64,000 nucleotides of DNA, taken from the NCBI GenBank assembly GCA_965246715.1, contig CBDFFH010000034.1:32001-96000 (forward strand), read 5' to 3'. Shown here piece by piece: positions 32,221 to 43,316 of the stretch. Source of the stretch: Chamaesiphon sp. GTDB taxonomy: Bacteria; Cyanobacteriota; Cyanobacteriia; Cyanobacteriales; Chamaesiphonaceae. A model generated the notes under the pieces. The model did not search any database. It had not been told where the DNA came from and saw only the letters and a program-made list of their open reading frames with translations. Numbering within the stretch: position 1 is the first letter of the stretch; each line of letters begins with the position of its first letter. Both the position numbers and the translations under genes were made by a program.

Positions 32221-33846
32221 TTGCCCTTGTCTACCTTATCCCACTCTAGTAATGAAGATCTCGTTTGCCTGCCATATGGAGTCGGTCATGGCAATGAGGG
32301 AGTATGTCTACTCATCAAGATCGGCCCTTATCGGGTGTTGCTGGATTGTGGGTTGGTAGATATTTCACCATTAATTGGCGCAGGCGGTCTACCCGTGTGC
32401 GATTTTGTGCTGTGTACCCATGCCCATGCCGATCATGCGCGGGGCTTATTAGATCTTCATCGCACCTTCCCCAAGCTACCCATCTACGCCAGCGAAGTTA
32501 CCAACCTTCTGCTACCGCTAAATTGGTTGGATGAAGTGGATGAGGTACCCCAGTTCGGGCAAGCTCTACCGTGGCGACGCTCGATCGAGTTTCAAGATGG
32601 CTTGACTGCCGAACTCTTTCCTGCTGGACATTTACCGGGTGCGGCGGCGATTCTGCTGACTTATACCGGATTTTATCAGTCTTATAGCGTCTTTTATACT
32701 GGCGACTTCTTTCTCTCCAATTCGCGTCTGGTAGAAGGATTACACCTCGACTCGGTTCGCAATCTCCATCCAGATGTATTGATCGTTGAGGGGAGTTATG
32801 GCACAGCGCGTCATCCCCATCGGCGCAATCAGGAAAATACCTTGATGGCGCGACTCGATCGAGCGATTACCGAACAGAGGTCGATTATCCTTCCCATCAC
32901 AACCCTGGGTATCGCCCAAGAGTTGCTGGTTTTACTGCGGAGCCATCATTTATTTACTGGACGCGACATCGATATTTGGGTAGCTGGATCGATCGCCGCA
33001 GGCTGTGATATTTACTTACAATTGCTGCCGCACTTTCCGCCTGCCGTCCAAAATTTCGCACGGCATCAGTCCTTATTTTGGGATGAAAAAGTTCGTCCGC
33101 ACGTTCGCCCGCTGACACCCGAACAGTTACCGAAGATCCATCAGCGTCCCTGTATTATCATCACTGATGCTGACAGCGATCTCGAAGTTTATACCGAGGG
33201 ACATCCTTTTCCGTGGCTGGTACTCGTCCCCGCCCAATCCCACACTGACACGATCGCATTACCCGCAACAACCGACCGCATCACCGTCGATACCTACTTG
33301 CTCAGCGATCACTCCGATGGTGCTGGCACCGCTCAGTTGATTCATAATATTCGCCCCAAGCATATCGTCTTCGTTCATGGTTCACCGACATATCTCGCCG
33401 ATCTGACTGCTCTCGAAGAACTCCAAAACCGTTATCACCTGCATTCGCCAGCTACGGGGACGATCGTTTCGCTACCGATCGGGGATACTTTTATCCAGCC
33501 CGCACCGCCAGCAGATCCGCATTATGAAGGCGAACTCACCGAATTAGAACAAGCGATCGATATTACCTTACCTACTGCGCTCGCCAGCGACCCTCGGTGG
33601 CACAATTTCTCGGATACTGGCTTGGTTGAAGCTAGATGGCAAGGCGAAGAAATCGTCCTTAGAGGGATTTCTCAGCGCGAAATTCTCAATCGCCAGCAAG
33701 AACTAAATTTACCCCCAGAACTCGCATGTTGCGGCAATTGTCAGCATCAACGCGGTTCTCGCTGCTACAATCCGCGATCGCCCCTGAATGGGTTCAAGGT
33801 GACTCCAAATGGCTATTGTCCGGAATTTGAGTCCGAGCAACTTTAG
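32221..33846 (+). CDS. MBL-fold/beta-CASP metallo-hydrolase (RNA-processing type) with Cys-rich C-terminus
   Basis: LLDCG, THAHADH, AGHLPGAA, YTGD, HSD, VHG; C-terminal CGNC...C...C. Confidence 0.85.
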   Translation: MPLSTLSHSSNEDLVCLPYGVGHGNEGVCLLIKIGPYRVLLDCGLVDISPLIGAGGLPVCDFVLCTHAHADHARGLLDLHRTFPKLPIYASEVTNLLLPLNWLDEVDEVPQFGQALPWRRSIEFQDGLTAELFPAGHLPGAAAILLTYTGFYQSYSVFYTGDFFLSNSRLVEGLHLDSVRNLHPDVLIVEGSYGTARHPHRRNQENTLMARLDRAITEQRSIILPITTLGIAQELLVLLRSHHLFTGRDIDIWVAGSIAAGCDIYLQLLPHFPPAVQNFARHQSLFWDEKVRPHVRPLTPEQLPKIHQRPCIIITDADSDLEVYTEGHPFPWLVLVPAQSHTDTIALPATTDRITVDTYLLSDHSDGAGTAQLIHNIRPKHIVFVHGSPTYLADLTALEELQNRYHLHSPATGTIVSLPIGDTFIQPAPPADPHYEGELTELEQAIDITLPTALASDPRWHNFSDTGLVEARWQGEEIVLRGISQREILNRQQELNLPPELACCGNCQHQRGSRCYNPRSPLNGFKVTPNGYCPEFESEQL

Positions 33847-33949
33847 CTATCTATACTCGCGGCGGTTTGCGATTTGCGCTCCTCGGGTTCCCCGAGGGTT
33901 TAGCGAATCAAGACACAATCGTTGGCAATTCTATAGGTAGCAACTTGGG

Positions 33950-34879
33950 TTATTCTAATAACTTTCCCGTAAGTTTGAGGAAGACATCTTCTAAATTAGC
34001 ACGGCGACGATCGAGTGTCGTTGGTGCTAGCGCAGCAAGGTTTTTAAAAAATAAATCGCTGTGATGCTGAGGAACGGCAATCAGATAATTACTGCCAAAC
34101 GGTAAATACCAAGTAGCTGACTCGGTAGTTAGTCGCTCTAGATCGTTTACAATGATGCCACTGACTTCGATAACTTCAGCGCCCACCGTTCTCGCGATAA
34201 TCTCGCTCGGATTGCCCTCATCGATCGGGCGACCTTGTTGGAGTAATAATAGACGATCGCACAGTCGTTGTGCCTCATCCATATAGTGCGTAGTAAGCAA
34301 TACCCCACAACCACTGTCTTTTAAGTCCCCCACCAATCGCCAAAAATCTTGTCGGGCATGAGGATCTAGTCCGGTCGTCGGTTCGTCGAGAAACACGATC
34401 GCGGGCTGATTGATTAAGGCTCTAGCTAAGACTAGCCGCCGCTTCAAGCCACCAGAAAGCTCGTCGATGCGACTTTTAGCTCGATCGGTCAATCCCACTC
34501 GATCGAGCAATTCTCCAGCTCTCACCCGTGCTGCATGTCCGGTAATCCGATAATGGTGGGCGAAATTAATTAGATTATCGATAACGGTAAAATCGGGATC
34601 GAGATTATCTTCTTGCGTAACGATGCCCATCAATTCGCGTGCTCTGCGGCCATCTTTTTGAACTTGATAATCACCGATTTGGACGAAGCCCCGTGTAGGA
34701 ATTACCGAACCATAAAGCATCCCAACGGTGGTGGATTTCCCCGCTCCATTGGCACCTAAAAAACCGAGAATTTCTCCAGGATGGATCTCAAATGATACGC
34801 CTTCGACGACCGATTGCTTGCCATAATATTTGGATAAATCTCGGGCGGACAGGGTAATATTTTTGGTTGCAGTATTCAT
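33950..34879 (-). CDS. ABC transporter ATP-binding protein (NodI/DrrA-like)
   Basis: GANGAGKST, LSGG, LDEPTTGLDP, TTHYMDEA. Confidence 0.92.
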   Translation of the reverse strand: MNTATKNITLSARDLSKYYGKQSVVEGVSFEIHPGEILGFLGANGAGKSTTVGMLYGSVIPTRGFVQIGDYQVQKDGRRARELMGIVTQEDNLDPDFTVIDNLINFAHHYRITGHAARVRAGELLDRVGLTDRAKSRIDELSGGLKRRLVLARALINQPAIVFLDEPTTGLDPHARQDFWRLVGDLKDSGCGVLLTTHYMDEAQRLCDRLLLLQQGRPIDEGNPSEIIARTVGAEVIEVSGIIVNDLERLTTESATWYLPFGSNYLIAVPQHHSDLFFKNLAALAPTTLDRRRANLEDVFLKLTGKLLE

Positions 34880-35025
34880 CTAGATATTACCTGAATTTTT
34901 AGTTAGAGTTGGCGGTTGAAACCGCGCCTATACAAACAAAGTCCGCGTAGGCGGACTAAAACAAATAAGTTTATTTTTAATTTAATTACGTAGGGATACC
35001 CTTAGATTGAGATCGATCGAGAGTC

Positions 35026-36468
35026 TTAGGATCGAGCGTTTTTCCAAGTGCCATGGAAACCCATCGGGATGACACTGGGCAAACCAAGTCGGCAGACTGG
35101 GGCATCGTTGAGTCGATCGCAATCGTAGATCCAGACTTCACTCCGATCGACTGCACCATCATAGATTACTGTAATAATCCAACCTTTGCTGTCATCATCT
35201 TTATCAACAACATGAATCGGTTCGGATGGATATAAATCCCGAGCGAGTTCTGCGATAGTTAAACTATTAGATTGTCGATCGAATCTACCGATCGTGCCGA
35301 CTAATTCTCGGTTGAGAATGCTACCAGACTTGTGAGCGGCTAGATATGTGTAGCGCCATTCTCGGCCCACATCGGTGGCTGGGACTAAGGGAAATTCACA
35401 ACTCCGATCGACCAATCGATCGCTACTAATTAAGTTAGCTGAAGTCGGATCGATTACTAATTGCCAAAGTTCGCCGATCGCTTCTGTTTTTGTTTCACCG
35501 GATGCAACTTCTCCAAAAAATTGATTGCTCGCAAAATCTTTGTATCTGACTAAATCGCAGACGATATTACCATCGGCATCGAGACAACCGTTACCAAAAT
35601 GCCATTGATACCAAGGCTCGACGATCGAGCTACTAACTAGGCTGAGATCTTCGCGATCGAACACTAAAATTTGAGTACCGAGTTCTGGCTTCCATTGCAT
35701 TGCTTCACTATAACTAGCCATTCCCAGCAAGACGGGTAATGGTTGAATTGCTACTGGTGGAATACAGAAAAGCAGATATTTACCAACCAATAAAAAATCG
35801 TGAACTAGCGGAATTCGCGGCAGTTTTGTCTGACTATAATTAACGATCTTACCGCTGCGATCGCTCTCATAAAGATTTAGCTTAGTTTGCGCGCCGATCG
35901 AAATACCAAAGTTATAAATACGACCAGAAATCGGATCGACTTTGGGATGTGCGGAATAAACTAATGGTGTAATCTGGGAGTCTAAATTATCCGTGCCGAT
36001 CGTTTCTAATGTTTCCAAATCTAAGGCGTGTGGAGCGCCACCTTCCCACAATGCTAATAATCGATCGGGCAAAGCCAGCACCGATGTATTTGCCGAATTC
36101 TTTACCGATTTACTGGCTCTCTCCCAAATCGGCACTGAGGGTTTCATCCCATAGTTACCATATAAATAGCGATCGGCTTCGCTTTCCGCTTGATAGCCCT
36201 CAGTCTGCACGTACCGATAGACCCCACTAGCAGCCCCGTCAGCAAACTTCACCGCTAAAATTGCTCCATCTCCATCGAACCAGTGTCCCACGCGCCGACC
36301 GCCACGCTCGAGCCGTCCTGGGCCATTTCGATAGAGAGTGCCGCGCAAGCCAGCCGGAATCGCTCCCGTAACGATAGATAGCGGGGTCAGCGGAAATTCC
36401 CGACCGGGATTAGCTAGCGCGCGATTCCAAGTAGGCTGGCTGGTTTGTGGTAGCGAGGTAGTAGTCAT
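35026..36468 (-). CDS. Carotenoid oxygenase (CCD/RPE65/lignostilbene dioxygenase) family
   Basis: RNGPG, HWFDGDG, four Fe-ligand His (SAHPK, VHDF, WHF, GFHG). Confidence 0.92.
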   Translation of the reverse strand: MTTTSLPQTSQPTWNRALANPGREFPLTPLSIVTGAIPAGLRGTLYRNGPGRLERGGRRVGHWFDGDGAILAVKFADGAASGVYRYVQTEGYQAESEADRYLYGNYGMKPSVPIWERASKSVKNSANTSVLALPDRLLALWEGGAPHALDLETLETIGTDNLDSQITPLVYSAHPKVDPISGRIYNFGISIGAQTKLNLYESDRSGKIVNYSQTKLPRIPLVHDFLLVGKYLLFCIPPVAIQPLPVLLGMASYSEAMQWKPELGTQILVFDREDLSLVSSSIVEPWYQWHFGNGCLDADGNIVCDLVRYKDFASNQFFGEVASGETKTEAIGELWQLVIDPTSANLISSDRLVDRSCEFPLVPATDVGREWRYTYLAAHKSGSILNRELVGTIGRFDRQSNSLTIAELARDLYPSEPIHVVDKDDDSKGWIITVIYDGAVDRSEVWIYDCDRLNDAPVCRLGLPSVIPMGFHGTWKNARS

Positions 36469-36500
36469 TGGTGAATATTTGGTGAAGATTTTGGTTGAAT

Positions 36501-37844
36501 TTACTCGCCAGTTACAGATAGTCCCTCAACCCAAATGTGCGGACATACACCACCGTTAGTAAATTCTTCCTTCGGTTCGATATGCACGATCGAGTTTAAT
36601 AATTCGCGAAAATCACCAGCAACAGTTGCTGACTCCACGCTAGTTTTTACACCCTTATTTACCACCCAGCCATCGAAGGGCAGCGAGAAGGAACCTTGCA
36701 GTGATTGTACCCCAGCATGGAGAGCTTGGAGATCGTCAATGAGGATGACATTTTCCGCAGTATCGAGATTATAGTTCTCATCGGCTTTCTCGCCACCAGA
36801 CACATGGTAAAAATGCGGCGAAACAGTAATCTTCGACCCCATATTTGCATGTCCCGTGGGTTGAGTATTCATCCGCTTGGCAGTACCCGCACTATGAATA
36901 AACGAAGCTAAAACTCCTTTGTCAATTAGGTTGATACGGCGAGTCGGCGTACCTTCACCATCAAAAGTTTCGATCCCAATATTCTGCGGATGCAGCGCAT
37001 CATCAGCGACAGATAATAGTGGCGAAGCAATCTGCTCCCCCAAAGATTCGGGGGTCGATAAGCTCTGATTATCGAGGATACTTTGGGCATTAAAGAGATT
37101 GGAAAAAGCCCCGAGCAAACTCAAGAACGCATCTGGCGAAAACACGATCGTATATTTACCTGATGAAACCTTTTGATAGTCGAGATGACTGATAGTTTTC
37201 TCAGCGGCTTCGTCGATACATTTTTGGACGTTCAATTTGTCGAAGCTATGGCTGAGTTCAAATGCTCCAGCACTGCGGGGTTTTTTACCTTCTTGTTCGG
37301 TTTTGGTATAGAGATACAGCGAGGTATACGACCGACTATCGCTGCGTACCGCACCGTCACTATTTAGATAAAATTGGTCTACGGATTGCTGAGATAGTCC
37401 ATTATAAGGCACACTCTCGATCGCTTCATGTGTGGCTAACAACTTCTTCTCAGCATCAACCAAACTTTCAATTAATTGCGGTACCGTCGCAGGTTCGCCA
37501 GCTTCGATTTTTACTTCAGCGATCGGTGCAGTCGCCTCTGGGCTAAAATCAGGTGCGTGTTCTTTTATCCCAAAAAAGCTTGCTTCATAAGCAGTTTTCA
37601 GCGCGAGTTCCAAACCATTATCATCGACATCGGTAGTGCTGGTAATTCCGACAGTATTGTCAGTATTCCAGACACGTACAGTAATACCCGATCGATTGGA
37701 AGCCTTGACTTGCTTGGGTTCGCCCTTGTCGACCTGTACGCTGACACTATCGGTAGTCGAACCAGATAAATCGAATTTGGAGATGCCTAGTTTGGTGGCA
37801 ATTTGATGAGCGGAATCCGATACTTGTTGAATATTTAAAGACAT
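36501..37844 (-). CDS. tldE: TldE/PmbA family protein
   Basis: FDGEG motif, lacks HExxxH, paired with tldD. Confidence 0.85.
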   Translation of the reverse strand: MSLNIQQVSDSAHQIATKLGISKFDLSGSTTDSVSVQVDKGEPKQVKASNRSGITVRVWNTDNTVGITSTTDVDDNGLELALKTAYEASFFGIKEHAPDFSPEATAPIAEVKIEAGEPATVPQLIESLVDAEKKLLATHEAIESVPYNGLSQQSVDQFYLNSDGAVRSDSRSYTSLYLYTKTEQEGKKPRSAGAFELSHSFDKLNVQKCIDEAAEKTISHLDYQKVSSGKYTIVFSPDAFLSLLGAFSNLFNAQSILDNQSLSTPESLGEQIASPLLSVADDALHPQNIGIETFDGEGTPTRRINLIDKGVLASFIHSAGTAKRMNTQPTGHANMGSKITVSPHFYHVSGGEKADENYNLDTAENVILIDDLQALHAGVQSLQGSFSLPFDGWVVNKGVKTSVESATVAGDFRELLNSIVHIEPKEEFTNGGVCPHIWVEGLSVTGE

Positions 37845-37969
37845 TTTTACTGATAGCTAGATTAAGCTTTGTAGATATTGTGTAATGGAAATACTATTTC
37901 GAATGATTGGGAATCGATAGGTTTCAAGATGTAGATTAAAATACCTGTAAGTTAAATTCACACATACGT

Positions 37970-38320
37970 ATGCCAATTTGCTCTAACTGTCGTCAGGGTT
38001 TTGACTCTGGCCATACCTTCTGTCCAAGATGTGGGGTATCTGTTTACAATCGCGGTCGTTTTGGACTAGATATCATTAGTGTTGCACTCTGGACAATCTG
38101 TAGTATCCCACTCATCGGTATTATTTTTTCGATAATCTCAAATTCAGCAGATCCATTTTGGGTATCCCTATATATTGCATTAGCAAGTTTTCATATATGG
38201 AGTATTTTTTGGGCTTATGGAGATGCACAAGCGCGCGGCAAGTCTGGATGCGGAGTCGCTTTACTCGTCATACTTTTATCTTGGATTGGATTACTTATTT
38301 GGGTTATATTTCGACCTTAA
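37970..38320 (+). CDS. Zinc-ribbon membrane protein inserted between tldD and tldE
   Basis: CSNC...CPRC N-terminus, three hydrophobic segments, DAQARG motif. Confidence 0.75.
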   Translation: MPICSNCRQGFDSGHTFCPRCGVSVYNRGRFGLDIISVALWTICSIPLIGIIFSIISNSADPFWVSLYIALASFHIWSIFWAYGDAQARGKSGCGVALLVILLSWIGLLIWVIFRP

Positions 38321-38345
38321 AAGCAGTAGAGACAGAGACAGAATT

Positions 38346-38453
38346 CTGTAGGGTGGGCACTGCCCACAAAAGTTATCGACTCAATTCAAACAACTTTTAT
38401 TGTTATCTAAATTGCGATTGAAATTGATGCGGTGGGCAGTGCCCACCCTACAG
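38346..38453. repeat. REP-like inverted doublet
   Basis: CTGTAGGGTGGGCACTGCCCAC and its exact reverse complement 64 bp downstream; related unit near 6946-6967. Confidence 0.8.
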
Positions 38454-38457
38454 ATCT

Positions 38458-39942
38458 TTAACGTCCACCCACAGTAATCGAATCAACCTTAATATGCGGT
38501 TGCCCAACAGTCACATAAATACTGCCACTTACCGAACCGCAGAAACCAGCAGCCAAACCCAAATCCTCCGAACACATCGAAATCTTATTCATGATTTCCT
38601 TGGCTTCGCCGATGAGCGTCGCCCCTTTCAATGGCTTCGTAACTTTACCGTTTTCAATCAGATAAGCCTCATCCACCGAGAAATTGAATTGTCCGGTCGC
38701 ACCGACGCTACCGCCACCCATTTTCTTACAGTAAATACCCTTATCGATCGAACCAAATAACTCATCCAACTTATACTCCCCAGGAGCGATATAAGTATTC
38801 CGCATCCGACTCGCTGCTGCATAAGCATAACTGCTGCGTCGTCCGCTCCCCGTGCGCGGATGTCCCGTGCGGATCGAGCCAGCTCGATCGGCGATAAAAT
38901 TCTTGAGGATGCCATTTTCGATCAATAATGTCCGCTGGGCGGGCATGCCTTCATCGTCCATATCGATCGTGCCAAATGCATTACCCGACAAGCCTTCATC
39001 CCATGCTGTCAGACTTTCGTGGGCGATTTTCTCGCCTTTCATGTCGATAAAGGGGGTAGTGTTCTTCTCGATTTGGGTAGTTTCGAGCAAGTGTCCACAA
39101 GCCTCGTGAAAGATCACGCCGCCAAACTTATTTGCCATGATAATCGGATAAGTCCCCGATTCTACATAGTCAGCATAGAGCATTTTACCAGCCGACTCCG
39201 AGACATCTTCCGCAGTACTGCCATAATCCCAGCTAGTCAAAAATTTGGGATTGCTAGTATCGCCTACCCGTTGACCGATCGAGGAAATATTATCGCCATC
39301 GGCGCATAATAAGTTATAACCGACCGACTGCGTGAGGCGGATATCCCGCGCAAAGGTACCATCGCTAGCGGCGACTAAAACCTCTTGCCAATCGCGGAAA
39401 TAAGCCGCGCGCCGAGATTTGATATGCGTAGCCGTCTGTTTGAGCTTGCCATTTGCTGCGAGCAGGACTTCGCCCATCTCCTTCATCGAACTGCACTCGC
39501 CCAACCAGCGATCCTTGCCCTTTTTCGTCGCGTAATCTCGCAACAGTTCGAGATTGATTTCGGGGACGTAGGAATTGGGGGCGGGAATGTGCAATCCCAT
39601 AATGCCTAATGCTTTCTCTAACGTCGCTCTGAGTCCCAAGAACGAGAGATCGTTGGTGCTGACATAACAATCCGCCTTGCCTTTAAATACTCGTACTCCT
39701 GCACCTGTAGAAAGGCGCGGGGAAATACTCGTAATCTGGTCGTCTTCCGCCAGCGAGCTAATATAATTCGATCGCTCTAAGAAAAACTCGACAAAATCCG
39801 CACCAGCAGCCCGTCCCAAGCCCAATAATGTTGCCAGGGGTGCTTCCCAGGTTTCATCAAACCGATGGATGGTCGAGGTGTAACTCAGATTTGGTAATTG
39901 TCTAGAACGCAAAAATGATTTGGGATCGATCGAAAGAGTCAT
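38458..39942 (-). CDS. tldD: TldD metalloprotease
   Basis: HEACGH zinc motif, DDEG, RMRNTY, C-terminal CG..GQP. Confidence 0.92.
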   Translation of the reverse strand: MTLSIDPKSFLRSRQLPNLSYTSTIHRFDETWEAPLATLLGLGRAAGADFVEFFLERSNYISSLAEDDQITSISPRLSTGAGVRVFKGKADCYVSTNDLSFLGLRATLEKALGIMGLHIPAPNSYVPEINLELLRDYATKKGKDRWLGECSSMKEMGEVLLAANGKLKQTATHIKSRRAAYFRDWQEVLVAASDGTFARDIRLTQSVGYNLLCADGDNISSIGQRVGDTSNPKFLTSWDYGSTAEDVSESAGKMLYADYVESGTYPIIMANKFGGVIFHEACGHLLETTQIEKNTTPFIDMKGEKIAHESLTAWDEGLSGNAFGTIDMDDEGMPAQRTLLIENGILKNFIADRAGSIRTGHPRTGSGRRSSYAYAAASRMRNTYIAPGEYKLDELFGSIDKGIYCKKMGGGSVGATGQFNFSVDEAYLIENGKVTKPLKGATLIGEAKEIMNKISMCSEDLGLAAGFCGSVSGSIYVTVGQPHIKVDSITVGGR

Positions 39943-40027
39943 GAAGCCTTCTCCTGGGATGCTTAACTTATTGTAACAAGCAGAGCTAGATGTGGGTATT
40001 CGGTATCGAATTTATCCATCCTGTTGT

Positions 40028-40192
40028 TAGAGGTTGTCTGAAAAGTCAGATCTTTGGTAGCCTAGCGATTAAAATCGCGGCTACATGTGCAAAACCTGCC
40101 TACGCAGGTTAAAGAAACTTTTAGTCTGCGTAGGCAGACTTTGTATCACTAGCGGCGGTTTCAACCGCTAGCTACTTTTCAGCCAATTTCTA
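40028..40192. repeat. Composite REP-like element with a third type of terminal IR
   Basis: TAGAGGTTGTCTGAAAAGT...ACTTTTCAGCCAATTTCTA around AGCGATTAAAATCGCGGCTAC and AAACCTGCCTACGCAGGTT/AGTCTGCGTAGGCAGACTTTG. Confidence 0.7.
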
Positions 40193-40334
40193 AAGGTGCT
40201 CCTCGATCGCCTCATCCTGAGAACCTGTGAACATCTGTGACAATTCCTATCGAATAGTTGAGAAACTTACCTTTATGCAACCAAAGATTTATCCTGATAA
40301 CTATATACAAGTAGTTTTGTTTTGGTAACAACCC

Positions 40335-40640
40335 ATGGACAAGCAGAAATATCGCATGAACTGCACCCTCACATTTAGTGATATTTACGGGCAGATCGTT
40401 ATCTGGTTAATGGTAATTTTTATCAGTCTGGCTTCTGCCTTGTCCTTGTGGAGTACTGCCCGCCAAATTTATGCGCTAGCAACGGTAGGTTTGATCTTAG
40501 TTTTATCACTACCATTCCTATTATTTGCGTTCGTGACTACACTACTCAATCATATTGAATTCGTGCCGCTAGCTGCTGATGAAACCACTAGTAGCAGCAC
40601 CAACACGCACAAGCACAGAGCCGAAGCGGCAACTGTCTGA
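40335..40640 (+). CDS. Conserved small cyanobacterial membrane protein
   Basis: CTLTFSDIYGQI...PFLLFAFVTTLLNHI, two TM segments. Confidence 0.75.
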   Translation: MDKQKYRMNCTLTFSDIYGQIVIWLMVIFISLASALSLWSTARQIYALATVGLILVLSLPFLLFAFVTTLLNHIEFVPLAADETTSSSTNTHKHRAEAATV

Positions 40641-40867
40641 TCGCGATCGCAGTATCGATCGCAGCTACTTAGGCACCAAATCTAACACGACCAAATCGAG
40701 GATAGTTAACGATCGAGTTACTATCCTCTGTTTCGTTTGGTTACGATCGAGCCACACCTACGACCGATTGCCGACAATAATAATCGCCCCAACTTCTGCA
40801 AGAGGTTAGGACGATTATGTTCTTGGGTTGCGATTAATTTGTTTTAACTATTTTTTAGGTGTGGGAA

Positions 40868-41031
40868 GGGTTAAGGATATTGGCTCCGCTTGGGCATCGC
40901 CTTCGATTGAAATCGAGGCTAGTGGCACAAAGTCCGCCTTCGCGGACTAAGATATATAGTCCGCGAAGGCGGACTTTGCATCATGAGCCGAGACTTCAGT
41001 CTCCAGGCTCCTCTTAACCCGAACTGACGTT
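40868..41031. repeat. REP-like element (relative of 5233-5406) flanked by a 22-bp direct repeat
   Basis: TATTTTTTAGGTGTGGGAAGGG at 40849-40870 and 41031-41052. Confidence 0.8.
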
Positions 41032-43096
41032 ATTTTTTAGGTGTGGGAAGGGCGAGTTGCGATCGATCTTTCACAAAGATATCTTCAGGAGTATCCTTGA
41101 GTAATACTTCCCGAATCAATCGTGCGGCCATCCGTTGCGTCAAACCACTGGCGATTTTTTGACCGAAGTTCTGGGTTTCGGATTTGAGTAAAATCTGGGG
41201 AATTTTTGGTAAAACGATCGTCGGATCGAAGCCTTTGGTCTGCTGTAAGATGCCCCAAATACGTTGAATGTGTCCTAGACCCTCAGACATTTGCTGGGGT
41301 TGCTGGGCGGTCTGTTTGACCTCTACACCGATCCCTTTTTGAATCGCGTGGGTAACATTTTGCAGCGTATTATAGCCAAAATTGTCTAAACCTCGAACAA
41401 TTTCATCAGCTAGATAATCGCGAATAAACGTACCGCGATCGGACAGAATATATTCTAAACTCTGATCGATGACTTGATTGAGATCGTACTCATCGCTACT
41501 GCGCGCATTTAAGAGGAGATTTTCCAGTCGATTCCAGCGGAAAGAACCATCTTTAAATAAGAGTTCTTTGAGTGAGTTTCGCAGGTCTGGTGCCGGATCG
41601 GTGAGCAACCGTTTGGCAACATAAGGATAAGCTTTACTGAGAACTTTGAAATCGGGATCGACCGAGATCGCAATCCCTTCTAAGGTGACTAGCGATCGCA
41701 CGATCAACGCATAATAAGCTGGCACCTGAAATGGGAATTCATACATCACTCCCGATAACTGGTCGGTAACACTCTTAAAATCTAAGTCAGCAACATTCGT
41801 GCCAGTCGTGCCAAATGATTTGGTAAATACATCAGTAAAAGCCGGAATAATCGGTCTTAAATCGACATCTGGTGTAAGGAATTCTAGCTTGACAAAATCT
41901 TGCGCCAAGCCATCAAAATCACGATTGACTAAATGCACGATCGCTTCGAGCAACCCATAACGTTGATAGGGCTTAACCTGACTCATCATCCCAAAGTCTA
42001 GATAAGCCAATTTCCCATCTGGAGTTGCTAGCAAGTTACCAGGATGCGGATCGGCATGAAAAAATCCATGCTCTAATAATTGACGCAGCGAACATTGCAC
42101 GCCGACTTCGATCAGATAGGTAGCATTGATGCCTTGGGCTTCGATTTCTTCAAGGTTGGTTAGTTTTGTCCCATCGATCCACTCCATCGTCAAGACGCGT
42201 CTGGCAGTATACGGCCAGTAGATCCGTGGCACGTAAATATCCTGCATCCCGCCATATAACTCGGCAAACTTTTCGGAGTTACGACCTTCATTTTCGTAAT
42301 CCATTTCCTCGAAAATCCGATCGGCAAACTCGTCGATAATCGAAACTAAATTACTGCGGATTTGCGTGAAAGTACTCTGCGCCCAAGCACACAGCGTCCG
42401 CATGATGTGGAGGTCTAATGCGATACTATTGGCTAACCCAGGGCGTTGAACTTTAATCGCAACGGTTTCCCCGCTCCACAGCTTACCTTTATATACTTGC
42501 CCCAATGAAGCTGCCGCGATCGGAATCGCACTAATTTGAGCATAAATTTTATCGGGTCGATCGCCTAATTCTTCTTCGATAAATTGATAGGCAATGTCGT
42601 TAGAAAATGCCGGAATTTTATCTTGGAGCTGAGTCAACTCTTCGAGAAACTGGGGCGGTACGAGATCGGGACGGGTAGATAAGGCTTGGCCGATCTTAAT
42701 ATAAGCAGGCCCCAGCTTTGTCAACATCTTGCGCATCTGTACGGCACGTTTGCCCAGATTTTTTTTCGTGCGCTTGGTAATTTTGTCTAGCCACAATCCG
42801 AATGCAAGGCTGATTATCGGAAAGAAAATACCGATAAATCTGGCAAATACCTTCAGTGGCTGAGTGCTGTAATACTCAGCGATCGCGATCGGATCGTATC
42901 CCAGCCAAGTATCATCGGTAACTTCTTTGACTCGTCTTGAAGGCAATACTTCCGCATCACTCACCAGTTCGGCTGGTACTGTTGGAGGATTTTGGCTAGC
43001 GAATGTAGCATCGGCTCGATCCTGCTCTGGTGACACTTTGCGATTCTCCACTGGAGAAGCCGTGCCGCCGAACTGAGTAGAAGGTGTAGTATTCAT
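41030..43096 (-). CDS. AarF/ABC1/UbiB family atypical kinase
   Basis: YIKIGQALSTRPDL, AAASLGQVY, VAIKVQRP, HADPHPGN, LDFGM; start likely MNTTP at 43096. Confidence 0.93.
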   Translation of the reverse strand: MNTTPSTQFGGTASPVENRKVSPEQDRADATFASQNPPTVPAELVSDAEVLPSRRVKEVTDDTWLGYDPIAIAEYYSTQPLKVFARFIGIFFPIISLAFGLWLDKITKRTKKNLGKRAVQMRKMLTKLGPAYIKIGQALSTRPDLVPPQFLEELTQLQDKIPAFSNDIAYQFIEEELGDRPDKIYAQISAIPIAAASLGQVYKGKLWSGETVAIKVQRPGLANSIALDLHIMRTLCAWAQSTFTQIRSNLVSIIDEFADRIFEEMDYENEGRNSEKFAELYGGMQDIYVPRIYWPYTARRVLTMEWIDGTKLTNLEEIEAQGINATYLIEVGVQCSLRQLLEHGFFHADPHPGNLLATPDGKLAYLDFGMMSQVKPYQRYGLLEAIVHLVNRDFDGLAQDFVKLEFLTPDVDLRPIIPAFTDVFTKSFGTTGTNVADLDFKSVTDQLSGVMYEFPFQVPAYYALIVRSLVTLEGIAISVDPDFKVLSKAYPYVAKRLLTDPAPDLRNSLKELLFKDGSFRWNRLENLLLNARSSDEYDLNQVIDQSLEYILSDRGTFIRDYLADEIVRGLDNFGYNTLQNVTHAIQKGIGVEVKQTAQQPQQMSEGLGHIQRIWGILQQTKGFDPTIVLPKIPQILLKSETQNFGQKIASGLTQRMAARLIREVLLKDTPEDIFVKDRSQLALPTPKK

Positions 43097-43316
43097 TGGG
43101 ATGACAATAATTAGCCCTGTTAAGTATTGTAACAATATTTGTGAGTTTACAGGAGATAATATTCATCTTACTGGTAGTCTCGAAATTTCAATCTGGGTCT
43201 TCCACACCCTTAGAGATCGGAATGCCGTCTCTGCCCAATGGGAGAGGCACTGGCAGTAGCCAAACTCCGATGCTCGCAACCATTACTCGCGAGCGCTCCA
43301 ACCCAGTTAGGCAGTA

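Noticed and set aside
43116..43133. Possible RpaB HLR1 site upstream of the ABC1 kinase
   Set aside because: Second half-site is degenerate in AT-rich DNA; too weak
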